DNA of 64,000 nucleotides from Armatimonadota bacterium (GCA_050942735.1 JBMNNW010000013.1:73-64072), one strand, 5' to 3'. Positions 36,516 to 47,411 are shown, counted from the stretch's first letter. The notes: generated by a model not told the origin, from the letters alone. Program-made: numbers and translations.

Positions 36516-38780
36516 TCACGGCGGATCTCCGATCCTGACACCCTGCAGGTATTCACTCGGCAGCAAGCCCCAACCGAAGATGGTGCCGCTGCATCTCTTG
36601 TTCTCCCAGTTGAAGGTGAGCCACAGTTCGCCCCGCCGTCCAGCGCTTTCCCAATGTCCTCTGAAGAGCGCGACGGAGCCTGACTGGACTATCGTCCCGG
36701 TCAGCTCGCCTCCCCCATTCGCCGCGAAGCTCCCGGAAAGCTGATCGCCCTGCTGCGTCAGCGTGAGCCTGCTCAGCGAACTCAAGTTCCACTGTCCAGA
36801 GACGTTCATCACGGCAGAGCTCTCCGGAGTTGCCGGCCCGCTCTGTGGTTTCTCCCCCTCCAGATTCACATCCACCAGCGACTCCACGTGTCCGGGGCGC
36901 ATGACGCGCGGTTCGGTCTCGCGGGCGGAAGGGGCCTCGGGGCGGAACTCCAGGCGCACCTTCACCGGATGCTCGCCGGGCTCGCTGAAGGTGAAGGCGC
37001 GCTGCCAGTCGCCCCGGGCGCCCTGCGTGGAGCCGACCGGGTCCCACGAGTAGTGCCAGTAGACTCCGGCGTCGGAGCCGTAGAGGATGCGGATGATCTC
37101 GTCCATGCGCTTGAGGTGCGTCTCCGGCGGATCCGCCACCGCCGCAGCCGTGCACAGCACCCGCTGCCCCGGCTCGGGATCGTTGGGCAGATAGGTGATG
37201 AGCAGCGTCGAGTGGACCACCTCACTGCGCCGCTGCAGGTACTCGCCCATGAGCAGGTCCCGCTCCCAGCGCCAGGCGTCGCGGATGACGGGCCAGCACT
37301 CCTCCACGATGGCCTGCGCTACATCGGCGTCGGTCTGCGCGTTGACGTCACCCAATCCACGGGTGGCGGCGCGCATCGCCATGAACTCGACACGTCGCTT
37401 GAGGCTGTCCTCGTCGTGGTAGTTGAGCACCAGGTCCTGGACGGTGATGTGCCGGTTCCAGCGGCGATCCGGGTCCACCCCCGCCCGTCCCCACGCGTTG
37501 TAGATGCCGCTCATGAGGTCCCATGGCTTCTGCGAGCCGGCGGCCATCACGATCCCGTTGGCCTCCGCCTCTATCATGATCTCGGTGGTGATGGTGGCCA
37601 GCAGGGCGGGAGGGAAGGTCGATCCGCCGCTCATGGTCAGGCTGAACAGCGCGTTGTTCAACGCCTCCATGGTGTCCCCGCTGCCCAGCGACTGGGCCGT
37701 GGAGCGGGTGGCGGTGGCCAGAACGATGAGCCGCACCGCGTTCTGGGTGCTCACCCAGGTGGGCTTGGCCTCCATGAACCTCTCCATCGCCTCGCCGATC
37801 TTGTTGCGGGCGGCCATCCCGTCCACGATAACCCGCATATAGGCGCGCCTGATGGGGCCAGCATTGTGGTAGCTCTTGAGGACCGCCGCTTCCGCCTGAC
37901 CGCGCATCAGCATCCGTTTCACCTGGATGGCCACCTGCGGGTCATTGAGTTTCTGCGGCTCAACTTCGAGGATTGCCTGCACATTCCTCAGTTGCTGGCG
38001 AAAGGCGTTGTCCATGGGCAGGCGGCTCAGGTCGCGGGCCTTGGCCAGGTCCCGATCCAGCCGGCCGAGGTACTTTGCCAGGCTGCGACTATCGCCCGCG
38101 GCGAACGCATCCATGCCCTTGTACGCCCACTGCCCGCAGGTGTTGGCCGTCCCTTCGATGGTGTAAGTGGGATGGCCTTCGCCGAGGTGCGCCAGCTCCG
38201 CCAGACCGGTGGTGGCCCTGCCGTTGTTCATGTAGAAAAGGCGGCCGCTGGTGCGTTCATAGCTCTGGATGTAGGTGTCGGCGCCCGTGCCGTAGAGGCC
38301 CTCGGAGTACTTCGCCGCCGCTTCGGGTGTCACCGCACCGGTGTGGCCGAGGCTTGGCACGCTGCGCAGCCGCTGGAAATGCTCGACGGCGTCGGAGGTG
38401 TTCTCGACACCTCTCATGAGCTGCTGGGGCGGGTAGAGGTTGGTGCGGCTGAGGATGTCCGGCGCCTGTGCTCCGAACTCCTCCCGGATGAGCCGGGTCA
38501 TCGTCTGGCGGCTGGCCTCCCACTTCGCGCGCAGGGCTTGCTCATTGCCGCTACCCACCACCAGGCGCATGTCGAAGTCCGAGTTCAGGGGGTCGAACCT
38601 CGGACTGCCCATCCATGACCCCACCCCCATGACCGAATCGCCGGTCTCCTCAACGAACCGCTTGGCCACTCTCTGCATCTGCTCGTCGAGAGCCTGCCCG
38701 CACACCGTCGAAACGCATACCATCAGGGCCAGGGTTATCAGTACGCTACGCGAGACACGAAGGGGCATGCCGCTTCTCAT
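36516..38780 (-). CDS. hypothetical secreted protein (large alpha-helical N-region, C-terminal beta domain)
   Basis: ORF 36516..38873; start MRSGMPLRVSRSVLITLALMVCVSTVCGQA with AGGAGG 8 nt upstream. Confidence 0.6.
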   Translation of the reverse strand: MRSGMPLRVSRSVLITLALMVCVSTVCGQALDEQMQRVAKRFVEETGDSVMGVGSWMGSPRFDPLNSDFDMRLVVGSGNEQALRAKWEASRQTMTRLIREEFGAQAPDILSRTNLYPPQQLMRGVENTSDAVEHFQRLRSVPSLGHTGAVTPEAAAKYSEGLYGTGADTYIQSYERTSGRLFYMNNGRATTGLAELAHLGEGHPTYTIEGTANTCGQWAYKGMDAFAAGDSRSLAKYLGRLDRDLAKARDLSRLPMDNAFRQQLRNVQAILEVEPQKLNDPQVAIQVKRMLMRGQAEAAVLKSYHNAGPIRRAYMRVIVDGMAARNKIGEAMERFMEAKPTWVSTQNAVRLIVLATATRSTAQSLGSGDTMEALNNALFSLTMSGGSTFPPALLATITTEIMIEAEANGIVMAAGSQKPWDLMSGIYNAWGRAGVDPDRRWNRHITVQDLVLNYHDEDSLKRRVEFMAMRAATRGLGDVNAQTDADVAQAIVEECWPVIRDAWRWERDLLMGEYLQRRSEVVHSTLLITYLPNDPEPGQRVLCTAAAVADPPETHLKRMDEIIRILYGSDAGVYWHYSWDPVGSTQGARGDWQRAFTFSEPGEHPVKVRLEFRPEAPSARETEPRVMRPGHVESLVDVNLEGEKPQSGPATPESSAVMNVSGQWNLSSLSRLTLTQQGDQLSGSFAANGGGELTGTIVQSGSVALFRGHWESAGRRGELWLTFNWENKRCSGTIFGWGLLPSEYLQGVRIGDPP

Positions 38781-38976
38781 CGTTGATCCCTCCTGCCGCC
38801 GGTAACCGGCTTTGTCCTCGGTCCACCTGGGGCACTCTGCGCCGCATCCGTCTTCTCGCTGAACACCCAACATGCGCGGAAGACCGGACTGCTCATATCA
38901 AAGCTACTCACTCGGCAGGGTGTTTTTCAGGCTATCGGTTCATGCAGAGATGGAAACGATTATACATCATAATTAC

Positions 38977-39876
38977 CTATTCGAAGAAACATGAATGAAA
39001 GTACTCCGGCGTGTTGCACCAATGTCGCGTGCGATCCGCAGTACGCTCACCCGCCAGGAAACATCGAGGCTCAACGACGAGACCGACTTCCGTGGAGAGC
39101 ACCGGGAGGTGGTCGAGAAGGATAATGTACGGTCTCAAGCGACGAACTGGAGGAGTGTCCATTGTGGGCAAGACGGTCTCAGGAACGACGATCGAGTGCG
39201 CCCAGGGAGATATCGCTTCACAGCCGGGCACCGACGCGGTTTTCAACGCCGCGAACGCCGAACTGCGCATGAAATCGTGGTTCTGGCTCGTGTGCCCGTG
39301 CCTGTGCTCGGGATCCTCCACCGACGGCACCCGGTCCTTCGCCGTGGCCCGCTTGATGCTATGGCCCCGCTCCGTCGGCTCGACGTCCTGCCACAAAGGC
39401 ACCGTCGGAAGCTCCGCGGCCTGCGCGATCCGCTCGTCCTCCTCGCTGCCCCCATCAAGCGTCGAGCGTATCTGCCGGGCCATCGCCAGCACCCGCTCGC
39501 CGTTCGCGATCAGCTCCGTGAGGAAAGCCTCCCGCGCGGCCCCGTCATCCCAGTCCACGTCACGGCTGTCATGCGCCTGCAAAAGCAGCGCGATCGCCAG
39601 CATCCCCGGCGGCACCGACGGGCGGCCGAAGCCATCGCAGTGGATGGCGGCGAACTCCTCGTCGGGGAGAAGCTCTCGACCGTGGCGGGCGAGGAAGCCG
39701 CAGAATGTGTCCTCGCCGACGAAATCGAGGTATTGTGTGTCGGCAGAACACAGGCTCTGCTGCGGAGGGCTGCGCCCCATCATGGTGGCGACTCCAACGC
39801 TCGGGATGGCACCGAACTCAGATTCCCGATTCGCGCAAGCGCTTCGCTGGACGCGACTTCCCGGCCGGGTTGCCAT
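38977..39876 (-). pseudogene. IS5/IS1182-family transposase fragment (InsH-type N-terminal domain intact, DDE region degenerate/truncated)
   Basis: QYLDFVGEDTFCGFLARHGRELLPDEEFAAIHCDGFGRPSVPPGMLAIALLLQAHDSR (cf. ..GRPaYhPrmmlklLLlqylyglSdR..) and ..EDPEHRHGHTSQNHDF.. (cf. DPDArwGhKsk..fGYK); only 299 codons and ends in AT-rich DNA 38880..38995. Confidence 0.55.
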
Positions 39877-39948
39877 CCCGTCGGAGCAGCGGAGCCAGAG
39901 GAATGCACGACGGCCGCCGGTGAGTGAGCGACCCGCCGAGCAGGACGG

Positions 39949-41430
39949 TCAATCGTCGCGGAGCGGCAACGTCAGGGTGAATGATATAAGGTCGTCTGGC
40001 GTCTCACCGAGAACCAGATCTCCGCTGTGTGCGCGGATGATCTCTCGGGCGAGACTCAGGCCGAGTCCGATGCCGCCGGTATCTCTGCTGCGGGCCTCGT
40101 CGATTCGGTAGAACCGGTCGAAGATCCGCTCACGGGCCTCGTCGGGGATGGCCTGTCCGGTATTGGCGATTGTGAGCGTCACGGCTGAATCGGTCTCCGC
40201 GAGTCGGACTGTGATCTCGCCCTGCTCCCCGGTGTACTGGACCGCATTGTTGAAGAGGTTCTGCAGTGCCTGCGCGAGGAGATCTCTATCCGCCGTAACC
40301 ACGACATCCGACGTAAGTTCTGCCCTGAGGGCTATCTGCGGAGCCATGGCCTCGACATCCTCACAGAAATCCTGCACAAGTGTGGTGAGGTCGATCCACT
40401 CCGGCGCGATAGGCATTCGGCCAGCATCGGCCTGCGAGAGAAGAAGCAGTTTTCGCATGATCGCCTGCAGCCGTTGCACTTCCTCGAGAAGGCTGCGGTA
40501 GCGGCGCTGCTCCTGAGACCCGAGTTCGGCGCTCTGGATGGCCTGCTCCAATTCGCCCCTCATGATCGTCAATGGAGTACGTAGCTCATGTGCGGCATCG
40601 GCGCTGAAGCGGGTGGCCTGATTGAAGCTGCGTTCCAGCCGGGCGATCATATCGTTGAAGACCGTAATGAGGCGTCGGAACTCAACGTCCTCGCTCTCGA
40701 CTGGAATCCGCTGATCGAGGCCACGCGCGGTGATCTGCTCCGCGGTCTCGGTCAGTGTCTCCATGGGGCGCATGGCCCGCCTTGCCAGCCACCAGCTTCC
40801 ACCCGCGATCACCAGCAGCGCCACCGGCAGCACCACCGCGAAACCCAGCGCTACCCGCGCCATGTACCTCGCATGGGGTATGAGGCTCACGCCAAGAACG
40901 ATCGTCGCTTCGTTGCTCGCCACCGTGAGCATCCGCCAGGGCCCGCGCTCCGAGCGATGCGTCGAGTAGCCCGGGCCGTACAGCGGAGTCTCTTCCCGGG
41001 CAGGCGCCTCGGAGTCGTTGACCGGCTCGTCAGGAGGACGTGGGAACTCGGGAAGCTCTCGCATCGCCTTCGCGCCCGCCGGGAACCTACTCCTCGACAA
41101 TCCCTCAGGCCAGTCGGCTGACTGGTGGACGACCTCCCCCTGTTGGCCGATCACGAGCAGGATGGGCTCAGGTACGCCATCCTCAGCAGCGTGGCGCAGG
41201 CGAGCGTGCTGCTCCACCTCTTCCCAATCAACCTCCGTGGGCCGAATCTGCCCCTCCTCGAAGCGCCGGGACATAGGCCGTAACGGCGGCGGAGAGATGG
41301 ACTGATCGATGCGCGCGATGTCCATGCGCAGCACGAGCCACCACGCCGTAACACCGAAAGCCGTGAGCACAATGCCGGCGACCAGCGCGGTAAGCGCGGC
41401 AACGCGACGCCGGAAGGAGCGGATCTTCAT
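39949..41430 (-). CDS. two-component sensor histidine kinase (2 TM, HAMP, HisKA, HATPase_c)
   Basis: AAHELRTPLTIMRGELE (H-box), QNLFNNAVQYT (N-box), DTGGIGLGLSLAREI (G-boxes). Confidence 0.85.
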   Translation of the reverse strand: MKIRSFRRRVAALTALVAGIVLTAFGVTAWWLVLRMDIARIDQSISPPPLRPMSRRFEEGQIRPTEVDWEEVEQHARLRHAAEDGVPEPILLVIGQQGEVVHQSADWPEGLSRSRFPAGAKAMRELPEFPRPPDEPVNDSEAPAREETPLYGPGYSTHRSERGPWRMLTVASNEATIVLGVSLIPHARYMARVALGFAVVLPVALLVIAGGSWWLARRAMRPMETLTETAEQITARGLDQRIPVESEDVEFRRLITVFNDMIARLERSFNQATRFSADAAHELRTPLTIMRGELEQAIQSAELGSQEQRRYRSLLEEVQRLQAIMRKLLLLSQADAGRMPIAPEWIDLTTLVQDFCEDVEAMAPQIALRAELTSDVVVTADRDLLAQALQNLFNNAVQYTGEQGEITVRLAETDSAVTLTIANTGQAIPDEARERIFDRFYRIDEARSRDTGGIGLGLSLAREIIRAHSGDLVLGETPDDLISFTLTLPLRDD

Positions 41431-41435
41431 CGTGC

Positions 41436-42116
41436 TCAGCCCCCGGTCTCTTCGCGGAATCGATAGCCGACGCCACGCACGGTTTCGATGAACCCGCGGT
41501 CACCGTCTGGGTCGATCTTGTTGCGCACACGCCGTACGTAGACGTCCACCACGTTGCTGTCGGGGTCGAAGTCATACCCCCATATATGTTCGAGCATCTG
41601 TGTGCGGGTAAGCACTCGCCCACGAGAGCGCATAAGATGCTCGAGGACGCTGAACTCGCGACGGGTCAGGTCTGTCTCCTCACCCCCAAGCGAGACCTCC
41701 CGGCTGAGGAGGTTGACGGTGAGGTCGCCTGCCCGAAGGACACTCACGCTGTTGCCAGACGTTCGTCGCGTAACCGCGTGAATTCGGGCGATGACCTCCT
41801 CGACGTAGAATGGCTTGCTGATGTAGTCATCAGCCCCCAACTGCAGGCCTTCGATTCGCTCATTCGGCTCACCACGCGCGGTCAGGAGGATAACCGGTAC
41901 GTCATATCCCTGCTCCCGCAACTGGCGCAGGATGCTCAGCCCGTCACGGCCGGGCAGCATGATGTCGAGAAGGATGACATCGTACTCCTCGGTGCGCGCC
42001 GACGCATAGGCGTCGTCGCCCTTCGTCTGCAGGTCCACTGTGAAGCCCTGCTCCTCCAGAGCAGCCCTCACGAAGTCGGCCACTTTCTGCTCATCCTCGA
42101 CAAGCAGAACTCTCAT
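41436..42116 (-). CDS. OmpR-family response regulator (receiver + winged-helix)
   Basis: MRVLLVEDE..DVILLDIMLPGRDG..; C-terminal ..LTRREFSVLEHLMRSRGRVLTRTQMLEHIWGYDFDPDSNVVDVYVRRVRNKID. Confidence 0.9.
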   Translation of the reverse strand: MRVLLVEDEQKVADFVRAALEEQGFTVDLQTKGDDAYASARTEEYDVILLDIMLPGRDGLSILRQLREQGYDVPVILLTARGEPNERIEGLQLGADDYISKPFYVEEVIARIHAVTRRTSGNSVSVLRAGDLTVNLLSREVSLGGEETDLTRREFSVLEHLMRSRGRVLTRTQMLEHIWGYDFDPDSNVVDVYVRRVRNKIDPDGDRGFIETVRGVGYRFREETGG

Positions 42117-42487
42117 GCCTTCATCGTAGCAGACGCCCTCTGACCGGGCAAGCCGTGGCGCATTACAGTTCTGTCATCCTCGATTCATCCTCCTGTCATC
42201 CGTGCCGGGTAGAGTCCAAGCAGTGCAGAGCCGGACGCAGAGACTTCGGGAGTTGGACGGCGGGATCGTGGGCACAGCAAAGGCGCAACCGGATGCTCTG
42301 CATGGTATCCCGCTCGTGCGGTCGCAAGGCCCGGTCTGACCGGGCCTCCGCGCCATGAGCGAGCCGGCGCGGCCGCGGGCGGTTGACGCGGCCTGGGAGT
42401 GGGCGTCATGCCTCTGCCCACTCCCGGGCACCGGCAGCAGGTCGGTGAGTGAACGCTCTACAGCTTGAACACAGGGAGATGGACCTG

Positions 42488-43174
42488 ATGAGACGACGGA
42501 TGACGTCAACACTCGTGGTCCTGCTGGTGACCCTCTCGGTTGCCGGCTGGGCACAACAGGACGAAGCCCGCATCACGGTGGACTTCCGCGGCGAGACCCT
42601 GGGCCAGGCTATGGGCATGTTCGCGCGAGGCTACGGCCTCGAGTACAGCCTCGGCCAGAATGTCGATGCACAGACGCCAGTCTTCGCGACGCTGGTGGAC
42701 GTTCCGTTGAGCAACGCTTTGACCGTGATTCTGCGATCTGCCGGCCTCACGGCCGTTGAGCAGACCGGTCGCTGGCTGATCACACAACAGCCGCAGCCGA
42801 TGGAACGTCCCGCCACGCAGATCCGTTCTCTTCTCGCCACCGACAGCAGCAGGCAGCCTCCGCTGGCGCGCACGGTGGCCGCGTACGAGCCGCGCCGCGG
42901 CGCGGTGGAGCAAGGCGGTGAGGCCTCGGAAAATGAGGAGCGAGAGGAGATCATGAAGCTGTTCTACGCCGATTTCTTCGCTGTGGACGTTCTGTCCGAG
43001 GTCTTCGGGGGCGGAGTCGTGGAGGCCGGGGGCTACTACGGCTCCGGTAGCTACTCTGGATCAAGCACCTCGTCGAACTACAACAACTCCTGGGGATCGA
43101 ACAAATGGTCTAACACCAACAACTCTGGGAGCAACTGGTCATCGAAAAGGACCTGGAACGACAGGAACTACTGA
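42488..43174 (+). CDS. secreted protein with secretin-N/STN-like domain and W/S/N/G/Y-rich low-complexity C-terminal tail
   Basis: ORF 42449..43174; start MRRRMTSTLVVLLVTLSVAGWAQQ (GGGAG 9 nt upstream); ITVDFRGETLGQAMGMFARGYGLEYSLGQNVDAQTPVFATLVDVPLSNALTVILRSAGL resembles STN/secretin N0 fold; tail GGYYGSGSYSGSSTSSNYNNSWGSNKWSNTNNSGSNWSSKRTWNDRNY. Confidence 0.5.
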   Translation: MRRRMTSTLVVLLVTLSVAGWAQQDEARITVDFRGETLGQAMGMFARGYGLEYSLGQNVDAQTPVFATLVDVPLSNALTVILRSAGLTAVEQTGRWLITQQPQPMERPATQIRSLLATDSSRQPPLARTVAAYEPRRGAVEQGGEASENEEREEIMKLFYADFFAVDVLSEVFGGGVVEAGGYYGSGSYSGSSTSSNYNNSWGSNKWSNTNNSGSNWSSKRTWNDRNY

Positions 43175-43401
43175 CTGCATGATTATGGCGGGCGCCGGTA
43201 TCGCCATCCACGGATCTCGAGCCTTACCGGCACCCGCTGGCGAGTGATCCGGACGATCGCGTGCAATCCGAACAGACCCGACGGACACTTCGCTCACGGA
43301 ACATGGAATCTCCTCGGGGAAAGCAGTGTGCAGAATGTCAGTTGCTGAAGCAACGTCTGCGCGAGCAACCGCACATGGACACAGGAAGCGGGTTGGTTTT
43401 G

Positions 43402-44796
43402 ATGCGAGGGGTACACAGACACAGCAACTTGATGCGATGGGCCACCGCAATGCTGGCGGTTTTCGTGGCACTGACAGTCGCGGCGGGCGCATGGGCACAG
43501 GAGGCGACGGAGCTTCCATCGCCGCTTACGCTCGAGGACGCCCTGCGCATCGCGCTGGAGGCGAACCCCAGGGTGGCCGCCGCGGAGGCACAACTGCGCG
43601 CCCGCGAGGCCGCGTATGACGGCCAGAAGGCACGCAGGCTGCCCACACTGTCGCTGGATATCAGCGGGTCGACAAGTAAGTCGCTCGATCGGACCACTAA
43701 CGTCGATGGCGTCTCCGTCCAGACGAGCGGGGGGACCACCGAGAACAGCGATATCGCAGCGACGCTGAGCTACACCTTCTACCAGTCCGGCCGTGGCGAG
43801 GCGATCGACGCCGCACGCGAGCAGACCCGCGCGAGCGAGGCGAGTCTGGTCAACGCGCAGCGCCAACTGCTCCAGCTCGTCGCGACCGTCTGGCACACGA
43901 TCCAGTCCGAGCAGGAGCTTGCCGGGGTAGCTGAGCAATCGGTGGACAATGCCGAGCGCCACCTCGAACTCGTTGATGCCCGAATCGCCGCCGGAACCGC
44001 GGCCGAGACGGACAGGCTGCCGGTCGAGGCCGACCTTGCCGCGGCTGAGTATGATCTCGTCAGCGCGACAAATGCGGTATGGCAGTCGATCGCCGAGTTG
44101 CGGGAATACCTCGCTCTGCCCCCGGATGTGCTGCCACACCTCGCGGGCGTGCCGGAGCTTGACATAGAGCGCGCTGACCTTGAGGCGTGGATCGACACTG
44201 CCCTGAGCGACCGCCCGGACCTGCAGGCCCAGCAGCGTTCGGTGCGCGTGGCCGCACTGAACGTGGACCAGGCGCAGATCAGCGCGGGCCTGAGCTTCAT
44301 CGCGCAGGGCCAGGCGGACTATGGCCGGCACACCGGCACGAACGGCGAGACCTGGGCGCTCACAGCGGGGGTGAGCTTCCCACTCTTCGACCGGCAGGCC
44401 CGGGCGGGTGTGGATGAGGCGAAGGCGAGCCTCGAAGCGAGCCGTCAGCAGCTTGCGGAGCTTGAGCTGAGCGTGGCGCGTGAGGTGTCGCAGGCCTGGT
44501 ACTCGCTGGCCGATGCGACCGAGCGCGTGACCTCTGCACAAGCCTCGTTGGCCTCCGCCCAGAGCAACCTGGACGCGGCCCGCGAGCGCTACGCGGCGGG
44601 CGTTGCGAACGTCATTGCAGTCACGGACGCGGAGACGACGTGGCGCCGCGCGGCCGGGCAACTCGTGCAGGCGCGCTGCGACCGCAACACCGCATACTAC
44701 CGGCTCCTCGCCGCCACCGGGCGGCTGTCGGTTGAGCCGGATCAGGCGGCGGCGACGGAGGCAACCCAGCAGACACCCCGGGAGGATTCGCAATGA
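43402..44796 (+). CDS. TolC-like outer-membrane efflux protein
   Basis: ORF 43261..44796; start near MRGVHRHSNLMRWATAMLAVFVALTVAAGAWAQE (start ambiguous 43402/43432); LTLEDALRIALEANPRVAAAEAQLRAREAAYDG and second repeat typical of OEP family. Confidence 0.75.
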   Translation: MRGVHRHSNLMRWATAMLAVFVALTVAAGAWAQEATELPSPLTLEDALRIALEANPRVAAAEAQLRAREAAYDGQKARRLPTLSLDISGSTSKSLDRTTNVDGVSVQTSGGTTENSDIAATLSYTFYQSGRGEAIDAAREQTRASEASLVNAQRQLLQLVATVWHTIQSEQELAGVAEQSVDNAERHLELVDARIAAGTAAETDRLPVEADLAAAEYDLVSATNAVWQSIAELREYLALPPDVLPHLAGVPELDIERADLEAWIDTALSDRPDLQAQQRSVRVAALNVDQAQISAGLSFIAQGQADYGRHTGTNGETWALTAGVSFPLFDRQARAGVDEAKASLEASRQQLAELELSVAREVSQAWYSLADATERVTSAQASLASAQSNLDAARERYAAGVANVIAVTDAETTWRRAAGQLVQARCDRNTAYYRLLAATGRLSVEPDQAAATEATQQTPREDSQ

Positions 44797-46643
44797 AGCG
44801 CTCGATAGTAATCGCTGTGGCAGTAGCAGTACTCATCGGAGGCGGGTGGTGGTACCGAAGGGCCGAGCCCCCGCAGCATTCGCAGGCCCGGACCGTCACC
44901 GTCGAGCGCGGGGATCTGCGGGTGACCGTGGAGGCCACGGGCCAACTCGCGCCACTCACCACTATCGAGGTCAAGTCGAAGACCGGCGGTGAGATCGCGA
45001 CGATGTTCGTTGAGGCCGGGGATTACGTGAAGAAGGGCGACATCATCGCGCAGATCGACCCGACCGATCTTCAGAGCGGAGTTGAGCAGGCCCGGGCGTC
45101 AGTGAACTCCGCCGCCGCGAAGGTAACGCAGGCTCAGCTCAACGCCGCCTCGGAGTCGGAGCAGACCCGGACCTCCGTGGCCGAGGCGCGGGCGTCGCTT
45201 GAATCCACGCAGGCGCGCCTGCGGCAGGCGGAGGCGCAACTGCAGCAGACGCGCGAGAACACCGAGCAGAACATCGCCCAGGCCGAGGCGCGTTTGCGCT
45301 CGGCACGAGCCAGCCTCGAGCAGGCCCGCGCGCAGGAGAAGGCTGAGCCGAGGACGCTGCAGGCCAACATCGCCCAGGCCGAGGCGAACCTCGAGAACGC
45401 CCGGCAGAAGCTGGTCGCGCTCGAGGCAGGCAACCGCCCTGAGGAGATCGCGCAGGCGAAGGCATCGGTCGCCGAGCGGCAGGCCACGGTCGAAAACGCG
45501 CAGGCCGAGCTGGCGCGCATGCAGCAGCTCAATGGGAGAGGTTTCGTCTCCGATCAGGAGCTTGACGATGCCCGGCGCGCCGTCCGCACCGCGCAGGCGC
45601 AGCTTGACTCGGCCCAGCAGGCGTACGCGCTGGCGCAGCAGGGCGCGCGCACCGAAGAGATCGCGCAGGCCCGCGCACAGGTGCGACAGGCCGAGGCGAG
45701 CCTCGAGGCGGCGCGCACCCAGCAGGTACAGGTGCATGTGACCGTGCAGCAGCGCGAGGCCGCGGAGGCGTCGGTGGCCGAGGCGGAGGCGGGCCTTGCG
45801 TCGGCGAAGAGTGGGCGCCGCGACATCGAGGTCCGCGAGGGCGAGGTGGATGCGGCGCGGCAGTCCGTCGAGCAGGTACGGGCCACGCTGGAGCGGGCAC
45901 AGGCCGGGTCACTGGGCGTGGCCGCACAGCGGCAGTCGGTGGTCTCCGCCCAGGCGGACCTCGACCGAGCGCAGGCCCAGCTTGATGATGTGGAGTACAA
46001 CTTCGAGAATACGACGGTGAATGCACCGCGGGACGGCGTGGTGCTGGAGAAGCACGTGGAGGAGGGCTCGATCCTCCCCGCCGGCACGGCGGCACTGGCA
46101 CAGGGCACCGCGATCGTCACGATTGCGGATATCACGGAGATGTACGTGATGGCGGATGTGGACGAGGTGGACATCTCCCGCGTGCAGGTCGGGCAGCAGG
46201 TCGAGATCGCGATTGAGACGATCGAGGACGCGACCCTGACCGGCAGTGTGGACAAGATCTACCCGCAAGGCACCTCCGAGGACAACGTGATCTACTTTCC
46301 GGTGCGGATCGTGGTCACGCAGAGCCATCCCGACCTGCGGCCGGGCATGACCGCCGACGTGTCGATCGTCACCGCGGAGAAGAGCGACATCCTGTTGGTG
46401 CCCGACACCGCGATCGATCACACCGGCGACACTGAGACGGTGCTGGTGGTCACGCAGGCCGATGAGCGGCCCGAAAGGCGCGAGGTCGAGATCGGCGTGA
46501 CCGACTACGAGCGGACGGAGATCATCAGCGGCGCGCGCGAGGGCGAGCGGCTGCTGCTGCCCGACGCCGTGTCCGGATCTGCGGCGGGTCCCGGCGGGGA
46601 GCGCGAGGCGGGGCCGCCACCCGGCCCGATGATGCGGGGATGA
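44793..46643 (+). CDS. HlyD/MacA-like periplasmic membrane-fusion protein with unusually long Ala/Gln/Glu-rich coiled coil
   Basis: Overlaps TolC stop (ATGA); N-terminal TM; biotinyl/lipoyl-like GQLAPLTTIEVKSKTGGEIATMFVEAGDYVKKGDIIAQID; ~330-aa coiled coil; beta-barrel domain C-terminus. Confidence 0.8.
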   Translation: MKRSIVIAVAVAVLIGGGWWYRRAEPPQHSQARTVTVERGDLRVTVEATGQLAPLTTIEVKSKTGGEIATMFVEAGDYVKKGDIIAQIDPTDLQSGVEQARASVNSAAAKVTQAQLNAASESEQTRTSVAEARASLESTQARLRQAEAQLQQTRENTEQNIAQAEARLRSARASLEQARAQEKAEPRTLQANIAQAEANLENARQKLVALEAGNRPEEIAQAKASVAERQATVENAQAELARMQQLNGRGFVSDQELDDARRAVRTAQAQLDSAQQAYALAQQGARTEEIAQARAQVRQAEASLEAARTQQVQVHVTVQQREAAEASVAEAEAGLASAKSGRRDIEVREGEVDAARQSVEQVRATLERAQAGSLGVAAQRQSVVSAQADLDRAQAQLDDVEYNFENTTVNAPRDGVVLEKHVEEGSILPAGTAALAQGTAIVTIADITEMYVMADVDEVDISRVQVGQQVEIAIETIEDATLTGSVDKIYPQGTSEDNVIYFPVRIVVTQSHPDLRPGMTADVSIVTAEKSDILLVPDTAIDHTGDTETVLVVTQADERPERREVEIGVTDYERTEIISGAREGERLLLPDAVSGSAAGPGGEREAGPPPGPMMRG

Positions 46644-46682
46644 CGAGCGCGCCACCACCATAAAGGGAGCGATCGAGCGATC

Positions 46683-47411
46683 ATGCTTATCGACATAGAT
46701 GACCTTCAGAAGACGTACACGATGGGCGCGGTGAAGGTCTACGCGCTGCGCGGCATCACGCTGGACGTGGAGGCGGGCGACTACCTTACGATCATGGGCC
46801 CGTCGGGCTCGGGCAAGTCGACGCTGATGAACCTGCTGGGCTGCCTCGACACTCCAACCGCGGGGACATACGTGCTTGGCGGGGAGGACGTCTCGACACT
46901 CAGTCCCGACAAGCTTGCGGATGTGCGCAGCCGTGAAATCGGCTTCGTCTTCCAGCAGTTCAACCTGCTGTCGAAGTCCACGGCTGCGATGAACGTGGAG
47001 CTTCCGCTGGTTTACGCGGGCGAGACCGACCGCCACGCGAAGGCCCTCACCGCCCTCGAGCGCGTCGGCCTGGGGGACAGGGCCGATCATCGGCCGAACG
47101 AGCTGTCCGGTGGCCAGCAGCAACGCGTGGCCATCGCGCGGGCGCTGGTGAACAACCCCTCGATCGTGATGGCAGATGAGCCGACGGGCAACCTGGATAC
47201 GGCAACCGGTGCGGAGATCCTCGATCTGTTCGATGAGCTGAACGCGGAGGGAATCACGATCCTGCTGGTCACCCACGACCCGGCCACCGCAGAGCGCTGC
47301 AGTCGCGTGGTTCGGCTGGTAGATGGCGAGATCGTAAGCGACACGCGCACCGATGAACACACAGTTGATGACGCGCTGGAGGTCGCCGCGGCCGGAGGTC
47401 AGGGAACATGA
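46683..47411 (+). CDS. ABC transporter ATP-binding protein (MacB/LolD-type)
   Basis: Walker [10 protein letters not shown], signature [15 protein letters not shown], Walker [13 protein letters not shown]. Confidence 0.9.
   Translation: MLIDIDDLQKTYTMGAVKVYALRGITLDVEAGDYLTIMGPSGSGKSTLMNLLGCLDTPTAGTYVLGGEDVSTLSPDKLADVRSREIGFVFQQFNLLSKSTAAMNVELPLVYAGETDRHAKALTALERVGLGDRADHRPNELSGGQQQRVAIARALVNNPSIVMADEPTGNLDTATGAEILDLFDELNAEGITILLVTHDPATAERCSRVVRLVDGEIVSDTRTDEHTVDDALEVAAAGGQGT

Noticed and set aside
36888-38618. 576-aa + ORF
   Set aside because: Antisense of secreted hypothetical 36516..38780.
45099-45737. Minus-strand ORFs inside HlyD gene
   Set aside because: Low-complexity Ala/Arg/Leu mirror of the Ala/Gln/Glu coiled-coil coding region.
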